Shown in pieces: positions 43,302-44,399 of a DNA stretch of 44,399 bases. The notes below the pieces were generated by a model, which was not told where the DNA came from, searched no databases, and saw nothing but the letters and a program-made list of their open reading frames with translations. Position 1 is the first letter of the stretch; each line of letters starts with the position of its first letter. A program made the translations under genes and the position numbers. The DNA comes from a virus, in the IMG/VR virus record IMGVR_UViG_3300039366_000017. The stretch is one strand, 5' to 3'.

Positions 43302-44090
43302 ACCGAAGTTACCTTCAATGACTACCTCATTAACCTTCCATTTCTTAGCAGTGCTCGCTAGTTTATTTAGGACTACATCAGAGTAGCCTCCCATAAGTCC
43401 TCCTGCATCCATCAGATAGATGTATCCATTGAGGTAATATAGGATGCAATAGGCCGTGGCATCACGTCCACGCCCCGAGGGATCAACTGCCATCATCTTA
43501 TAGGTATACTTCTCCATCTCAGGTGAAGCTGTATGGCACCTATAATAGGCATCACCCTTTAGTCCCATTACCTTTGGGATCTCCTGAAGGGAGACCTTAC
43601 GAGCAGGATCAGGCATCCATGTAAGCTTCATAGGTGCTTCATCTGTACTGAAGGTGCCTACAATGAGGTCTCTAAGTCTCAATGGATACTTATCAGCATC
43701 AGATAAGCTAGTGTCTAACATGAACTGGAGTAGGAAGCCTGCTCTTCTATATGACAGCTCTCGTTTCTGTAGATCCTCTTCATTGAATCTAAGGGGATCT
43801 GTAGGCTTACCTGCGTACTTCTGAGGGTTACTATCGTACTTATCTGCAATGAACTTAGCTAGGCGTGTACCATAGTTAGCTCTCTGGGTCTCATCATAAG
43901 GATATCTTGCAGGGTAGATGATAGCAGTGTACCCTCTCTCCTGAAGCTCATTATAGAGAGACATTTCATTCTGAGGAGTACCAAGGTAAATGATGGTGCC
44001 ATTAGGTTTGATAACAGCGTCAAACTCCTTCACCAACTCGAATAGCTGATCTCGAAGAACCTGAGTAAATGAATTAGATGGAACTTCCAC
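43302..44090 (-). CDS. Terminase large subunit, exon 2
   Basis: Starts VEVPSNS (GTG is the first exon codon, not a start codon). Contains IYLGTPQNEMSLY, KYPLRLRDLIV and MAVDPSGRG, and ends ..EGNFG. Confidence 0.85.
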
Positions 44091-44322
44091 CTTTATGTTA
44101 AGGTAAGGTCGTTAGTCTTACCCCATCGTCTTTTCACAGAATCTGCCACATTTTCAGCGGCAGAGACAAACTTACAATGATCCCTAGAATAAATCTTGCA
44201 GTAACCCTTCTTAATGTCCTTATCAAGGTGCATGCTAGAATCCTTCTCCCACTCTTCATATCCTTCTACCTCATGGATAGTATTCAAGAAAGTGGTGAAG
44301 TTATGCCATCTAGGATCTACTA
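44091..44322 (-). mobile_element. Terminase intron 1, 3' part (continues from 1..554 across the circular junction)
   Basis: The intron ends AG with the terminal G at 44091, 2 nt after the endonuclease stop codon (44093..44095). Confidence 0.75.
44093..44322 (-). CDS. Intron-encoded homing-endonuclease-like protein, C-terminal part (continuation of 346..1)
   Basis: Same frame across the junction. The listed ORF 44093..44377 is the truncated view of this gene. Confidence 0.6.
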
Positions 44323-44399
44323 CACAGCCTGTATAGCTAGAGCGAGACCCGTAGTTACCGTAGGCTCTCTTAAGCATGTTAGCCCACAGGTCATAAATT
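44323..44399. repeat. Assembly overlap: exact copy of 1..77
   Basis: Identical 77-mer at both window ends. Confidence 0.9.

Noticed and set aside
1-44399. Temperate lifestyle or defence islands (integrase, repressor, toxin-antitoxin, CRISPR, retron).
   Set aside because: Every large ORF is accounted for by T7-type replication, structural, lysis or selfish-element functions, and no recombinase or repressor motifs were recognised. Small early ORFs of unknown function (40383..41485) could still include anti-defence proteins, but there is no sequence evidence for that.

Overview
Circularly closed assembly of a T7-like (Autographiviridae-type) lytic podophage. The first 77 nt equal the last 77 nt, giving a unit length of 44,322 bp. 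The sequence is the reverse complement of the usual map, so every credible gene is on the minus strand. Reading from ~42.47 kb downwards the order is: a non-coding terminal/early-control region with short repeats and a near-consensus sigma70 promoter; small early genes; single-subunit RNA polymerase; SSB; endonuclease I; amidase; an embedded spanin pair; two tRNA-type genes; ThyX; primase-helicase; DNA polymerase; 5'-3' exonuclease; portal; scaffold; major capsid; tail tube A/B; internal virion proteins; tail fibres with an assembly chaperone and a GC-rich distal protein; an anaerobic nucleotide module (nrdD, nrdG, MazG-like); a holin-like protein; and small and large terminase, the latter crossing the window junction. 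The most striking feature is the load of selfish elements. There are five sequence-related group I introns: two in nrdD, one in the portal gene and two in the terminase large-subunit gene. Four of them carry homing-endonuclease ORFs. An HNH-type intein also sits inside the ThyX signature motif. Splice junctions were derived by hand from four criteria: P1 pairing (last exon U paired to G of an internal guide), a terminal intron G, restored reading frames and restored T7-family protein motifs. Other points of interest are a 24-nt phage-RNAP promoter consensus (4 strong copies), an iteron-like AT-rich leader upstream of the RNAP gene, a non-canonical tRNA-like gene, a duplicated gp6.7-like gene flanking a low-GC GNAT gene, and a GC-rich lectin-fold-like tail protein. 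No integrase, CRISPR array, reverse transcriptase or convincing plus-strand gene was seen. All homology statements come from motif recognition by eye and from memory of T7 proteins, not from database searches.
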